Assembly (NCBI GenBank): GCA_965220135.1
Contig: OZ244802.1
Location: 918,499-982,498 of the forward strand
Length of the DNA stretch: 64,000 nt
Reading direction: 5' to 3'
Source: Chloroflexota bacterium
Lineage (GTDB): Bacteria > Chloroflexota > UBA11872
Positions within the stretch are counted from its first letter, which is position 1; each line of letters starts with the position of its first letter. A program made the position numbers and the translations under genes. The notes below the pieces were generated by a model. It did no database searches and had not been told where the DNA came from. It saw only the letters and a program-made list of their open reading frames with translations. Positions 33,901 through 44,147 of the stretch are shown here, piece after piece.

Positions 33901-34806
33901 CTAGGCCGGCCGAAGGGCTGCGCGAAGCGCCGGTGCGAGTAGGGGCCGCTGGAATTCATAGCCAGTGTCCAGGAGCTTACGCGGGATGACCCGCTGGCTG
34001 GAGAGCAGCGCTTCCCGCGCAAAACCGCCAAGCGCCGCCCGAAGGATTGGCGCGGGTATCGGAAGCACCGCCGCGCGGTGTAATTCGCGGGCCATTGTCT
34101 TTACAAACTCGCGGTTGGTCACGGTTTCCGGCGCCGCCACGACGATGGGGCCGCTCAGCGTCTCCCGCGCGATCGCCAGGCGAATAGCTCCAATCACATC
34201 CGCCAGGTCAACCCACGGCCAGTAGTGCCGGCCGGACCCAAACCAACCGCCGATTCCCAGCATGATGGGCAAACGCATTCGAGCCACGACGGGCGACCGG
34301 GAGTCGATTACGGGCGCCAGGCGGACAATGGCAACGCGAACTCCGGCGTCGGCGGCCGGTTGTGTCGCCGCTTCCCACTGGGTGGATACCCGGGGCAGGA
34401 ACCCTTCGCCGGGCGGGCTGATCTCGTCGAGCAGTTCTTCGCCGCGATCTCCATAGATGCCCGTGGCGCCGGCGCAAACGAGTATCGAAGGCCTTTGTGA
34501 CAAGCCCGCGATGGCTCTCGCCAGCGTCTCGGTGCCGCGCACGCGGCTTTCCCGGATTCGTTGACGCTTTTGGGTCGTCCACCGCAACGCGCTGATCGTC
34601 TCGCCGGCCAGGTGCACCACGGCATCCGTACCCTCCAGCCCAGAGTGATCGATGTCTCCGGTCTGCGGGTCCCAGCGAATATCGCCAGGCTGCACGCTCC
34701 TGGTGGCCGGTCGTACCAGGCGGACGACTTCGAGCCCGTCAGCGCGAAGGTCGGCGACGAGGGCCGCACCGACCAACCCGGTCGAGCCGCTGACGGCGAC
34801 GCGCAT
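33901..34806 (-). CDS. TIGR01777 family NAD-dependent epimerase/dehydratase-like protein (YfcH-type, DUF1731 C-terminus)
   Basis: MRVAVSGSTGLVGAALVADL (Rossmann)...GRHYWPWVDLADV is typical of TIGR01777. Confidence 0.75.
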   Translation of the reverse strand: MRVAVSGSTGLVGAALVADLRADGLEVVRLVRPATRSVQPGDIRWDPQTGDIDHSGLEGTDAVVHLAGETISALRWTTQKRQRIRESRVRGTETLARAIAGLSQRPSILVCAGATGIYGDRGEELLDEISPPGEGFLPRVSTQWEAATQPAADAGVRVAIVRLAPVIDSRSPVVARMRLPIMLGIGGWFGSGRHYWPWVDLADVIGAIRLAIARETLSGPIVVAAPETVTNREFVKTMARELHRAAVLPIPAPILRAALGGFAREALLSSQRVIPRKLLDTGYEFQRPLLAPALRAALRPA

Positions 34807-34822
34807 TTATGTCAACTCTCGG

Positions 34823-35761
34823 TTAGACAGTACGGGCGCCTTCGTCATATACGTGCGCCGGCGGACGTCGCAAGTCCCAGATCAACCCGGTCCAACTCAA
34901 CATCGTGAGCAGGTAGTGGGTCACGTCGATCTCCCACCAGAAGAATCCATTGCGCTCAGAGCCCGGGTACCGGTGATGGTTGTTATGCCAGCCCTCGCCC
35001 AGCGTGATCAGCGCCAGCAGGAGGTTGTTTCGACTCGTGTCCTTCGTGGGGAATCGCCGGCTGCCCCACATATGCGCGCCGGAGTTTATGAGGTACGTGG
35101 TGTGCAGCAGCATGACGGTGCTCGCCAGGAAGCACCATACGAATACCTGCAGCCAGGTCACGCCCGTAGAAGGGAATGCGCGCTCGAGCCAGAAACCCAA
35201 GGAAATCGTGCCGCCGGCGTAAAGCAGGGTGCTGCCGAAGTACCAGCGGTCGAGCCAGCGAAGTTCGGGGAAGCGGACCAGGTCCTTGACTTCTTCCCAG
35301 CGCGTGTCGTCGCGGTTGTAGGCGAGCAACCAGCCCATGTGCGCCCACCAGAATCCGCCCTTGAGCGGGGAGTGCACATCCTCCTCCTCGTCGGAGTGCC
35401 GGTGATGAAAGCGATGATGTCCGGCCCACCACAAGGGCCCCTTTTGAATCCCAAACGTGCCCAGCAGCGCCATGACAGCCTGGAAAACCCGCGTGGTCTG
35501 GAAGGTGCGGTGGGAGAAATAGCGGTGATAGAAGCCGGTAATGAAGAAGACGCGCATCCAATAGAACGCCAGGCAGGCCACGACGGCCGGCCAGCTCACG
35601 CCCACGATGAACGCCGCGAGTACTCCCAGATGCAGGGCAATGAACCCCCAGTTGTGCCGAATGGCCTGCCAGGCGGTATAGCGCTGTTCGACCCGAGTCG
35701 GCAGCTTGATCTTCTCCAGCTTCAGACCCTCCGGCGAAGCCTCAAGGCTTGTTTCGCTCAC
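34823..35761 (-). CDS. acyl-CoA desaturase (stearoyl-CoA 9-desaturase family)
   Basis: His boxes HRYFSHR, HHRFHHRHSD and HNNHH, with 4 TM helices. Confidence 0.85.
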   Translation of the reverse strand: MSETSLEASPEGLKLEKIKLPTRVEQRYTAWQAIRHNWGFIALHLGVLAAFIVGVSWPAVVACLAFYWMRVFFITGFYHRYFSHRTFQTTRVFQAVMALLGTFGIQKGPLWWAGHHRFHHRHSDEEEDVHSPLKGGFWWAHMGWLLAYNRDDTRWEEVKDLVRFPELRWLDRWYFGSTLLYAGGTISLGFWLERAFPSTGVTWLQVFVWCFLASTVMLLHTTYLINSGAHMWGSRRFPTKDTSRNNLLLALITLGEGWHNNHHRYPGSERNGFFWWEIDVTHYLLTMLSWTGLIWDLRRPPAHVYDEGARTV

Positions 35762-35943
35762 CAGCCAGTCATCTCCCTATGTGTCGCGCCGCTTGCGCGG
35801 CGGCCACGATACGTCCAAATCGAGGATGCGCAAAGCGCGGGTTGCTGACAACCCCGGCAGGCCACGCAGGCAAGGAGCATCAGCTCGGTCGGACCTGGGA
35901 CCGGCACGCCTCAGTCGGGATGCTGCAGGTGCAATTCTGGCGG

Positions 35944-37185
35944 CTATGAGCCGGTGGAAGCGGCCGACGTTGGGGACTCGGCGCGCTCGATGAGCACCTG
36001 GACGTCGCGAATCGTCCTTGTCTCGAAGCTCGCGGCGCAGGATGCGAGGTAGAAGTCCCACATCCGAATGAAGCGCTCGTCAAACCCAAGCGCCCGCACA
36101 CGCTTTTCAGCCTGCCAGAAGCGACGCCGCCATTCATCCAGCGTCCGAACATAGTGAGGGCCGATTTCCTCGATAGCGCGAACCGCCAGCGCCTGCCCGC
36201 CCCGCCGCACGGACTGCCGAATCTCGACCACCGCCGGCAGGACGCCCCCGGGAAAGATGTACTTGCTGATCCAGCCGGAGGCGCGCATACCTGAGGAGGC
36301 ATCGCGGTCCTGGATTCCGATCGTCTGCAGCAGCATCGTTCCCCCGGGTCGCATGACTCGTGAACAGGTAGCAAAGAACTCGTCCCAATACTCCTGGCCG
36401 ACGGCCTCGAACATCTCGATCGACACGACCTTGTCGAACGTGCCCTCGACGTCGCGGTAGTCCGAGTAGACGATCTCGACTCGGTCCTCCAGTCCGGCAG
36501 CCACGACCCGCTGCCTGGCCAGGCGATGTTGCTCGCGCGATACCGTGATGCCGACTACCCGGCAGCCTGTGGTCTCGGCCGCGTGGATTGCGAATCCACC
36601 CCAGCCACAACCGATTTCAAGCACCCGATCCCCGGGGCCCAGGTTCAGCTTGCGGCACACGAGGTCGAACTTTGCCTGCTGTGCCGCGCTCAAGTCCTGG
36701 CAACCGTCCCAGATCGCGCACGAGTAGGCCAGCGATTCGTCGAGAAACAAGCTGAAGAACTCGTTCCCGAGGTCGTAGTGGGCGTGGATGTTCTGTTCGC
36801 TTCCCGAGCGCGTATTCCGCCGTCGTGCGTGGCGCCACAGGTCCACCAGCCGTCGTGGCAAAGACATCGCGGCATCCAGCCGTACCCGTCGCGCATTGGC
36901 CAGCGCGCCGCGCAATACGGCCCGAAGATCGGGGCTGGACCACAGCCCCTCCATGTAGGCCTCGCCGGCGCCCGTCGATCCACCAATCAGGATCTGGGTG
37001 AAGGCACGGTCGTCGTGAATGTGGATCCGTGCGACGTCACCCTGCGCTGCATCGCCAAACGATTTTTCGGAACCGTCCGGCAGACGTGCCTCAAGCCGCC
37101 CGTGGCGCCAGCCTCGAAGCTGGCTCACGACGAGCGTGCGGGCAATTCGGTCAATCGCGCGGGCGAGAATCAGACGACCGGACAC
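35944..37185 (-). CDS. cfa: cyclopropane-fatty-acyl-phospholipid synthase family SAM-dependent methyltransferase
   Basis: VLEIGCGWGGFAIHAAETTGCRVVGITVS plus the CFA-synthase N-terminal region (YDLGNEFFSLFLD). Confidence 0.85.
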   Translation of the reverse strand: MSGRLILARAIDRIARTLVVSQLRGWRHGRLEARLPDGSEKSFGDAAQGDVARIHIHDDRAFTQILIGGSTGAGEAYMEGLWSSPDLRAVLRGALANARRVRLDAAMSLPRRLVDLWRHARRRNTRSGSEQNIHAHYDLGNEFFSLFLDESLAYSCAIWDGCQDLSAAQQAKFDLVCRKLNLGPGDRVLEIGCGWGGFAIHAAETTGCRVVGITVSREQHRLARQRVVAAGLEDRVEIVYSDYRDVEGTFDKVVSIEMFEAVGQEYWDEFFATCSRVMRPGGTMLLQTIGIQDRDASSGMRASGWISKYIFPGGVLPAVVEIRQSVRRGGQALAVRAIEEIGPHYVRTLDEWRRRFWQAEKRVRALGFDERFIRMWDFYLASCAASFETRTIRDVQVLIERAESPTSAASTGS

Positions 37186-37224
37186 ATCTTGCGGACTACT
37201 AATTCTGCCACTCGCGCCGCCGGG

Positions 37225-37857
37225 CTACGGCGGGCCGTCGGCTACAACCCTTCCGGCCAGCATGATCACACGGTCGCACGTCTCCGCTTCCTCAAGATGA
37301 TGCGTGCTCAGGACAACCAGGCGCCCGGCTTCGCGCTCATCGTCAATGACATTGAGGATCCGGAATTGGCTGGCAAGGTCTAATCCGGTAATCGGCTCGT
37401 CGAGCATTAGGCACGGAGCATCGGCGGCCAGGGCAGCGGCCATTCGCACTCGTTGACACTGGCCGCCCGAGAGTTCGCCGAAACTCCGGTCAAACAGGTC
37501 ATCAATCTCCAGCCGCGAACTCGCATCCGAGATTCGGCGTCGATCAGCGCCACGCAACGGTCCCAACAGGCCGCGATGGCGGTACTGCGACATAGCCAGG
37601 ACCTCGCCCACGGTAAGCGGCATCCACGGATTGGTGCTGACATGCTGGGAGACATAGGCCACTTCACGTGGCCTGGGACCGCGTCGGGTTCCAAACGTCG
37701 GTTTGAGCAAGCCGGCCAATATCCGGAGCAGCGTCGTCTTGCCGGAGCCGTTGGGGCCTGTGAGCGCAACGCTCGTGCCGGCCTCAAATGACAACGTTGT
37801 CGACTCCAAGACACGCCGACCGTCAAACTCCACGGTTACGTCGTTGAGTTCGATCAC
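37225..37857 (-). CDS. znuC: metal (Zn/Mn) ABC transporter ATP-binding protein
   Basis: Walker A GPNGSGKTT, signature LSGGQCQRV, Walker B LMLDEP. Start set at the GTG giving MIELNDVTVEF. The ORF extends to 37938. Confidence 0.75.
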   Translation of the reverse strand: MIELNDVTVEFDGRRVLESTTLSFEAGTSVALTGPNGSGKTTLLRILAGLLKPTFGTRRGPRPREVAYVSQHVSTNPWMPLTVGEVLAMSQYRHRGLLGPLRGADRRRISDASSRLEIDDLFDRSFGELSGGQCQRVRMAAALAADAPCLMLDEPITGLDLASQFRILNVIDDEREAGRLVVLSTHHLEEAETCDRVIMLAGRVVADGPP

Positions 37858-37961
37858 AGATCTGCAGCCAGATTGAGCACGAGGAGCAACTTTAGTACAT
37901 TCTCGCCACGTCTCCGTGCAACTGGATTCACCCAGCAAGAGATTTAGCCGAAGTACTTCTT

Positions 37962-38972
37962 ATGCCGCCAGTGCAACGAGTCTTCGTCGGAAGGATCGGA
38001 AGGATTGGACTGGCGGCCTCAATTCTCGCGCTGAGCCTGGCCCTTGCCGCTTGCGGCGAGGCCGACACCGATTCGCCGGAACAAGGTTCGGCGCTCCCGA
38101 CGGTTCTAGCCAGCACCAGCATCTGGGGCGATGTGGTTGCCAACGTGGCCTGCAACGGTCTGGCCGCGGTTGACGTGCTGACTCCGCCGGGCGCCGACCC
38201 TCACGATTTCGAGCCGTCGCTGGCGGACCGTGGCCGGCTTGAGGCAGCGGCACTCGTGGTCGCCAATGGGCTCGGACTGGAAGAGCGCTTCGAAGACACG
38301 CTCGAATCCGTCGAGTCCTCTGGTACGCCGGTGTTCTACATCGCCGAGCACATCGACACGATTGAAATTGCCGACGATGGGCATTCCCATGATCACGGCC
38401 AGGCCGGGGGGCACACCCACGATGACGGACACGCCCACGAAGGCGATGATCCGCACGTGTGGTTCGACCCGCTTCGCGTGTCGGCCTCGCTGCCGCTCCT
38501 GGCCGAGCACCTAGTGGAAGACGCTGGGCTTGACGCCGACGCCGTCGACGACTGCATGACGGCCTATCAGCGTGAGCTCGAGGAAGTTCACCACGAGCTC
38601 GAGCACCTGTTCGAGGAGATTCCCGAGGCTCGTCGATTACTGGTAACGAACCACGATGCGCTGGGCTACCTGGCGGACCGCTACGGATTCCAGGTGGTTG
38701 GCACGGTTATTCCATCAACGTCCAGCCTCGCCGAGCCCAACGCGGCGGAACTGGAAGAACTGGCCAAGGCGATTGAGGCCGACGGGATTCCAGCGGTCTT
38801 TACCGAGGCCTTGCACTCCAAGGAAGTCGTCGATGCGCTGGCCACGCGAGTCGGGAATATCCAGGTTGTGATTCTGTACACCGATGCGCTGGGCGAGCCC
38901 GGCAGCGGCGCTGAGACGTATATCGACCTGTTGCGAACCAATGCAACGCGCATTCGCGATGCCCTCAGCTAA
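37962..38972 (+). CDS. znuA: metal ABC transporter substrate-binding lipoprotein (ZnuA/TroA cluster-9 family) with His-rich loop
   Basis: Lipobox LALAAC. His/Asp-rich loop HSHDHGQAGGHTHDDGHAHEGDDPH typical of Zn-specific ZnuA. DPHVWFDP motif. Confidence 0.8.
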   Translation: MPPVQRVFVGRIGRIGLAASILALSLALAACGEADTDSPEQGSALPTVLASTSIWGDVVANVACNGLAAVDVLTPPGADPHDFEPSLADRGRLEAAALVVANGLGLEERFEDTLESVESSGTPVFYIAEHIDTIEIADDGHSHDHGQAGGHTHDDGHAHEGDDPHVWFDPLRVSASLPLLAEHLVEDAGLDADAVDDCMTAYQRELEEVHHELEHLFEEIPEARRLLVTNHDALGYLADRYGFQVVGTVIPSTSSLAEPNAAELEELAKAIEADGIPAVFTEALHSKEVVDALATRVGNIQVVILYTDALGEPGSGAETYIDLLRTNATRIRDALS

Positions 38973-39022
38973 GAGAGTATCGGTCCGCGAGACTCGCGTG
39001 GGCTACGCGAGCGCTTGACTGT

Positions 39023-39895
39023 ATGGACTTTATTACGGATCCCTTCGGCTGGTGGGTCGATCCCTTCATATCAAACCAGTTCATGCGGAACGCTCTATTC
39101 GCGGGCGTACTGGCTGTGCTGACAACTTCGAGCGTCGGCACCTGGGTTGTGCTGCGCAGCATGAGTTTCTTGGGCGAAGCGCTGGCCCACGGCGTGCTTC
39201 CCGGTATTGCCATCTCCTTCATCATTGGCGGCGACACCGCAGCCGGCGCTCTGATTGCGGCAATCGTGATGGTGTTGGGCGTCAACCTGATTCGGGCACA
39301 TTCACCGCTGCCCACGGACACCTCGATCGGTGTTCTGTTTGTAGGGTTTCTTGCGCTCGGCGTGGTGATTATGTCAAGCCAGGCGGGCTCGTATGTCGGC
39401 GATCTCAGCCGCTTTCTCTTCGGATCTATCACCGGCGTCGAGACCGATGACTTGGTGCGCCAAGGCGTCGCCGCCGTAATCACCGTCGGCGGCGCTCTGA
39501 TCTTCTACCGCGCTTTTCTGGTTCTCACATTCGACGAAACGCAAGCACAACTCCTGGGTTTGCGACCCAGGTTGGCCCATGTGGCCTTGCTTGTCCTGAT
39601 TGCAATAGCTGTCGTCGCTTCGTTTGAGGCGGTCGGCAGCCTGCTGGTCGTCGCGTTTCTGATCGCGCCGGCCGCCACGGCCACCATGCTGCTTCGACGC
39701 GTGCCCGTAATCATTGGGACCGCCATTGGCATCGGCTTGCTGTCGGTCGTCGTTGGCCTGCTGGTGAGCTATCACTACGACACGGCGGCCGGCGCGACAA
39801 TGGCGCTGGCTGCCGTGTCGACCTTCATGGTGGCGCTGGTGGGGCGAACGATCAGGCAGAACGTCGTCCGACTGCGTCGCAGCCAGTCCACCTAA
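39023..39895 (+). CDS. znuB: metal ABC transporter permease (ZnuB-like)
   Basis: 8-TM ABC-3 family permease: FMRNALFAGVLAVLTTSSVGTWVVLRSMSFLGEALAHGVLPG. Confidence 0.8.
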   Translation: MDFITDPFGWWVDPFISNQFMRNALFAGVLAVLTTSSVGTWVVLRSMSFLGEALAHGVLPGIAISFIIGGDTAAGALIAAIVMVLGVNLIRAHSPLPTDTSIGVLFVGFLALGVVIMSSQAGSYVGDLSRFLFGSITGVETDDLVRQGVAAVITVGGALIFYRAFLVLTFDETQAQLLGLRPRLAHVALLVLIAIAVVASFEAVGSLLVVAFLIAPAATATMLLRRVPVIIGTAIGIGLLSVVVGLLVSYHYDTAAGATMALAAVSTFMVALVGRTIRQNVVRLRRSQST

Positions 39896-40024
39896 CGCTC
39901 GAGCGGTCACGCCGGCCACTTTGATGTCGCGCCACCCTCCCGGACTTGCCAAGCCGACCGATCAAGTCGTTCACTTGTGCAGAGCACGATGTCGAGAGGT
40001 ACGCACCGGGCCAGGAGGAATGGC

Positions 40025-41023
40025 ATGTCGGAGATGATGCGAGTCGCGACGGGCCAGTTCAGCGAGCCCACGCCGGACATCCTGCAGTTCGCCGCGCAGA
40101 TGGGTGTCAGCGGCATCGTCCTCAACAGCCCACGCCTACCAGGCGGCGAACGCTGGGAAGTCGAGGACCTGGTGCGCCTCCGCCAGCGAGTCGAGGCGCA
40201 TGGCCTGAAGATCGAGTCGATCGAGAATGTGCCGCATCATTTCTATGACCTGGCGATGTTGGGCCTTGAAGGGACTGACCGGCAGATTGCCAACTACCAG
40301 GCCACCGTCCGCCACATAGGCGAGGCCGGAATCCCGATTCTCGGCTACCACTGGATGCCGAACGGCGTGTGGCGCACGGAACCCAAAGTGATCCGCGGCG
40401 GCGCCGTGGCCACCGCCTTTGACGCCGCCACCGTTACCTGCGACTCGCCCACCCACGGCCGAGTCTTCACCGCGGATGAAATGTGGGACAGCTACGCGCG
40501 CTTTACCGACGCCGTGCTACCCGTGGCCGAGGCCAGCGGGGTTCGGCTGGCCCTACATCCAGACGACCCACCAGTGCCATCGCTGGGCGGCGTGGCCCGG
40601 TTGATGCGCTCGTTCGAGGGATTCAAGCGAGCCATGGATATCGCTGACAGCCCCAACAACGGGTTGGACTTCTGCATGGGTTGCTGGTCGGAGATGGGCG
40701 AGGACGTGCTGGCCGCCATGCATCACTTCGTGACCGAAGACCGCCTGTTCTACGTGCACTTCCGCGACGTGCAGGGCACGGTTCCGGTCTTCAACGAGTG
40801 TTTCCTCGGTGAAGGCAACGTGGATATCGCGGCCGCCATGCGAACCCTCTATCACGGAGGCTTCACCGGCTTCCTGATCGACGACCACGTGCCCAAGATG
40901 GTGGACGACACACCCTGGGGACATCGCGGCCGAGCCCTGGCAACGGGCCAGATGATGGGACTGCTGGAGGCGATCAAGGCGGAGGGTCCACCGCGCGCCT
41001 CCAAGGTGCCGGCGAAAGTCTGA
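40025..41023 (+). CDS. uxuA: mannonate dehydratase (UxuA) family protein (xylose-isomerase-like TIM barrel)
   Basis: GVSGIVLNSP...WEVEDLVRLRQRVEAHGLKIESIENVPHHF...GIPILGYHWMPNGVWRT parallels UxuA. Start at the ATG with an AGGAGGAA RBS. Confidence 0.65.
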   Translation: MSEMMRVATGQFSEPTPDILQFAAQMGVSGIVLNSPRLPGGERWEVEDLVRLRQRVEAHGLKIESIENVPHHFYDLAMLGLEGTDRQIANYQATVRHIGEAGIPILGYHWMPNGVWRTEPKVIRGGAVATAFDAATVTCDSPTHGRVFTADEMWDSYARFTDAVLPVAEASGVRLALHPDDPPVPSLGGVARLMRSFEGFKRAMDIADSPNNGLDFCMGCWSEMGEDVLAAMHHFVTEDRLFYVHFRDVQGTVPVFNECFLGEGNVDIAAAMRTLYHGGFTGFLIDDHVPKMVDDTPWGHRGRALATGQMMGLLEAIKAEGPPRASKVPAKV

Positions 41024-41049
41024 CCCTAGACCTCGGAGGTAACAGCGCC

Positions 41050-42249
41050 GTGCGGATTACTCAGGTACGTACCGTCAACGTGAACATTCCGCGGACACCT
41101 CCAACTTCACAGCCGCGGCGACCGGGGTGGAACTCTCACGCGCGCCGCGCGCTGCCCATCAACAAGTACCCGGAGTTCTCTCGAATGCACGGGCGAATGC
41201 CGGGCGCCAATACCTGGGAGCGCGTGTGGGTGCAGGTGACGGCCGAGGATGGAACCTGGGGCCTGGGCGAGTGCAGCTTTGGCGAACCCGTGGCTGCCCT
41301 GGTCGATTTCCACTTCGGGCCGCTACTGGAGGGACGAGACTGCCTGGCGCTGGAGTTCCTGAACGATTTGATGTGGCGATCGACCCAGCGATTCGGCGCC
41401 GGTGGCATCGCGACCGTCGCGCAGTCGGGAATCGACCTCGCGTTGTGGGACCTGAAGGGCAAGTTGCTGGGTCAGCCGGTGTACTCGCTGATCGGCGGTC
41501 CCTGCCGCGAGAAGGCGCTGGTGTATTGCACGTCAGACGATCTGGACTGGTCGCAGGAACTTGGATTCACGTGCTTCAAGGTCTCGAATCCGGCGCACTA
41601 CGACGAGGGCATCGACGGAATCAATCTCGTCGAGGAGCACATAGCGAAGGCGCGCGAAGCGGTCGGTCCAAATGCCGAACTCATGTACAACCCGGTCATG
41701 AGCTTCAACGTGGAGTTCACCATCAGGCTGGCCGAGCGCCTGCGGCCGTACAACCTGCGGTGGCTGGAAGAGCCGTTGATACCGACCGACCTCGAAGGCC
41801 ACATCGAGCTACGCAAGGCCATCAACTGGGTGCCGCTGGCGACCGGCGAGGACCACCACGGGCGTTGGACGTTCCGGCAGCTCGTGGAACACCGTGCGGT
41901 GGACGTGCTGCAGCCCGACATGATGTGGTGCGGCGGTCTGTCGGAAGCGCTAAAGATCTACACCATTGGTGAGGCGGCGGGGCTTATCACGATTCCGCAC
42001 GCGGCGGTTGCCACACCCTGGGGTCAGCACTTTGCGATCTCAATGCCGGAGTCGCCGATGGCCGAGTTCTGGATGGGTAGTAGTCCAGGTATTCCGCTCG
42101 AAGAGGTGTGGCCGATTCCAGGCTTGGCTGTACCCAACGACGGCTACATCAGACCCAATAACGCCCCGGGCTGGGGCATGGAGATTGACGAAGATTGGAT
42201 CACGCCGTGGGATCACGCGGCAGCACCCAGAGCGCGAGGGTTGATCTGA
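41050..42249 (+). CDS. enolase-superfamily acid-sugar dehydratase, L-rhamnonate dehydratase (RhamD)-like
   Basis: PYNLRWLEEP, TGEDHHGRWTF, LQPDMMWCGGLS and IPHAA parallel E. coli RhamD/YfaW (PYNLKWIEE, SGEHHGT, MQPDVGWCGGLT, VPHGS). GTG start with a GGAGGT RBS. Confidence 0.75.
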   Translation: MRITQVRTVNVNIPRTPPTSQPRRPGWNSHARRALPINKYPEFSRMHGRMPGANTWERVWVQVTAEDGTWGLGECSFGEPVAALVDFHFGPLLEGRDCLALEFLNDLMWRSTQRFGAGGIATVAQSGIDLALWDLKGKLLGQPVYSLIGGPCREKALVYCTSDDLDWSQELGFTCFKVSNPAHYDEGIDGINLVEEHIAKAREAVGPNAELMYNPVMSFNVEFTIRLAERLRPYNLRWLEEPLIPTDLEGHIELRKAINWVPLATGEDHHGRWTFRQLVEHRAVDVLQPDMMWCGGLSEALKIYTIGEAAGLITIPHAAVATPWGQHFAISMPESPMAEFWMGSSPGIPLEEVWPIPGLAVPNDGYIRPNNAPGWGMEIDEDWITPWDHAAAPRARGLI

Positions 42250-42407
42250 GGGCCCCGCAGAGAACGCGAGTCCCAGGCGCATGGATCAATTCGCCAAAGA
42301 ATGTGAACTTATAAGCACTTGATGGCCTCCGAGCACTTGACGTGTGGCTAGCGTATTCATCACGGGTTCGAAGCTAATCTGATACAAAAGGGCTTCCAGG
42401 TTTTCGT

Positions 42408-42424
42408 TTCACAGCATCTGTGAA
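42408..42424 (+). promoter_or_regulatory. perfect palindrome TTCACAG-cat-CTGTGAA upstream of aqpZ, putative operator
   Basis: 7-bp inverted arms with a 3-bp spacer, 27 nt upstream of the aqpZ start and inside an AT-richer 200-bp leader. A nearby direct repeat AGCACTTGA x2 lies at ~42313-42334. Confidence 0.4.
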
Positions 42425-42450
42425 CGGCAAGAGCCAATTGGAGGCAGTAC

Positions 42451-43134
42451 ATGAGAATTGAACCACGCGCCTGGCTGGCCGAGTTCGTCGGCACGCTGAC
42501 GCTCATCTTCATCGGCTCCCTGAGCGCGGCGGTCGCGTTCGAAGCGCTTGACGGCGGCACGGGCGGCGTCGTGTTGGCCGGCCTGGCTCACGGTCTCATC
42601 CTGGTCGCGTTGATCTACGGAATCGGCTCCGCCTCTGGCTGCCATATCAACCCGGCCGTGAGCATCGCATTGGCCGCCATTGGCAAGTTTGACTGGCGAT
42701 CACTTCCCGGCTACATCGTGGCGCAACTTGCCGGCGCGGTCGTTGGCGCCTTGCTGCATGCCGCGGTTCGCGCCAAGGGTGCAACGCACTATGGGCTCCC
42801 CCTGCCGGGAGCCGACGTCGGCGCCGGACAGGCGCTTCTACTCGAAGCAGTGCTCACGTTCTTCCTCGTGTCCGTCATCATTGGCGCCGCGGTGAGTGGC
42901 AAGGCCACGAAGGGCTTTCACGGGCTTGCCATCGGTCTCACGCTGGCCGCCAGCTGGCTCGTCGGTGGAACCCTGACCGGGGCCGCGCTAAATCCCGCGC
43001 GGTCCTTCGGCCCCGCCATCGTGGCCCTAAACTTTGATTCGATCTGGATCTACTGGGTTGGGCCAATCGTGGGCGGGCTGATCGCTGCCGGCGCTGGGCT
43101 CTATCTGCACAACCTCAACCAGGAAAGCGAATAG
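42451..43134 (+). CDS. aqpZ: aquaporin Z (MIP family water channel)
   Basis: Two NPA boxes (HINPAVS, NPARSFGPAI). Overall the protein parallels E. coli AqpZ. Confidence 0.9.
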   Translation: MRIEPRAWLAEFVGTLTLIFIGSLSAAVAFEALDGGTGGVVLAGLAHGLILVALIYGIGSASGCHINPAVSIALAAIGKFDWRSLPGYIVAQLAGAVVGALLHAAVRAKGATHYGLPLPGADVGAGQALLLEAVLTFFLVSVIIGAAVSGKATKGFHGLAIGLTLAASWLVGGTLTGAALNPARSFGPAIVALNFDSIWIYWVGPIVGGLIAAGAGLYLHNLNQESE

Positions 43135-43150
43135 GGTTGAACGCAATCGG

Positions 43151-43182
43151 GCGCCGCGCCTTCCGACACGAAGGCGCGGCGC
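43151..43182. terminator. strong GC-rich hairpin between convergent aqpZ and aminotransferase genes (bidirectional terminator candidate)
   Basis: GCGCCGCGCCTTC-cgacac-GAAGGCGCGGCGC: perfect 13-bp stem, 6-nt loop, and no U-tract. Confidence 0.45.
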
Positions 43183-43205
43183 TAGCCTGGTCCGGAAAGA
43201 TGCCC

Positions 43206-44147
43206 TCAGGCGATCAGGTCGCCGTAGCGCCTGGCCTGGGCGATGAAGTCCACGCCTACATCCTCGCTGAACGCATCCGCCAGGCGTCGATAGATCGCCC
43301 CGACGTTGCCATCGCCGATTGGCGCTCCGTTGAAGCGCGTGGCAGGGATCAGGCAGTACGGCGTGGTGGTGAAGAAGGCTTCTTCGGCCGTAGCAACGTC
43401 GTACGGCTCGAAGTCGGCCTCGCGCGCGGGAATGCCAAGCTCGCTGGCGAGCGCCAGGGTCGTGTCGCGGGTGACGCCTCGAAGCACGCTGTGGCCGCGC
43501 GAGGTCAGCAGCTCGCCGCTGCGCACGATGAAGAAATTCGAGCCGGTGCCCTCGGTGATGAAGCCGTCTTCGCCTTGCAGTACCACAAAGGTGTCGGCCG
43601 CTTGCGCTGCGATTTCGTGATTGGCCACCTGGTAGTGCAGGCGCGACCGGCTCTTGATCTTGGGATCCAGCAGCCGGGACGGAATGGCGCGCTGCCGCGG
43701 CACGACGGCGTTCAGTCCCTCGTCGTAGAGGTAGGCGGATTCGCCCAACATGCCGTCGAGCGGATAGGTGTAAATCAACACCGAGGGGCCAGTGTGGGCG
43801 ACCGAACTTCGGTAGCGCCCCAAGACCCCTGGGGAAATCTGGTGCACGATCGAGAAGTCGATCTCGGGATCGTAGGCCGCTCGGTTTCGCTGGATGAGTT
43901 CGCCGGTTAGGTCAGCGAGTTCGTCCATCGAAAGGTCGCAGGGCACACCCGAGGCCTTTAGTGACGCATCCAGTCTTTCCAAGTGCGCGTGCAGTCGGAA
44001 AGGCTCGTGGAGGAACGTGCGCGTGGTTTCGAATACCGCGTCGCCCCAGACGAGGGACGAGTCAAAGATCGATATTGCGGCGTCGCGCTCGAGAATCCAT
44101 GCGCCGTTGAGATAGACGACTCGCTCGGGTGCAGCCTCTTGGCTCAT
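43206..44147 (-). CDS. class IV aminotransferase (branched-chain/D-amino-acid aminotransferase family)
   Basis: [32 protein letters not shown]...[10 protein letters not shown]...LRGVTRD is the fold-type IV PLP signature. Confidence 0.8.
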   Translation of the reverse strand: MSQEAAPERVVYLNGAWILERDAAISIFDSSLVWGDAVFETTRTFLHEPFRLHAHLERLDASLKASGVPCDLSMDELADLTGELIQRNRAAYDPEIDFSIVHQISPGVLGRYRSSVAHTGPSVLIYTYPLDGMLGESAYLYDEGLNAVVPRQRAIPSRLLDPKIKSRSRLHYQVANHEIAAQAADTFVVLQGEDGFITEGTGSNFFIVRSGELLTSRGHSVLRGVTRDTTLALASELGIPAREADFEPYDVATAEEAFFTTTPYCLIPATRFNGAPIGDGNVGAIYRRLADAFSEDVGVDFIAQARRYGDLIA

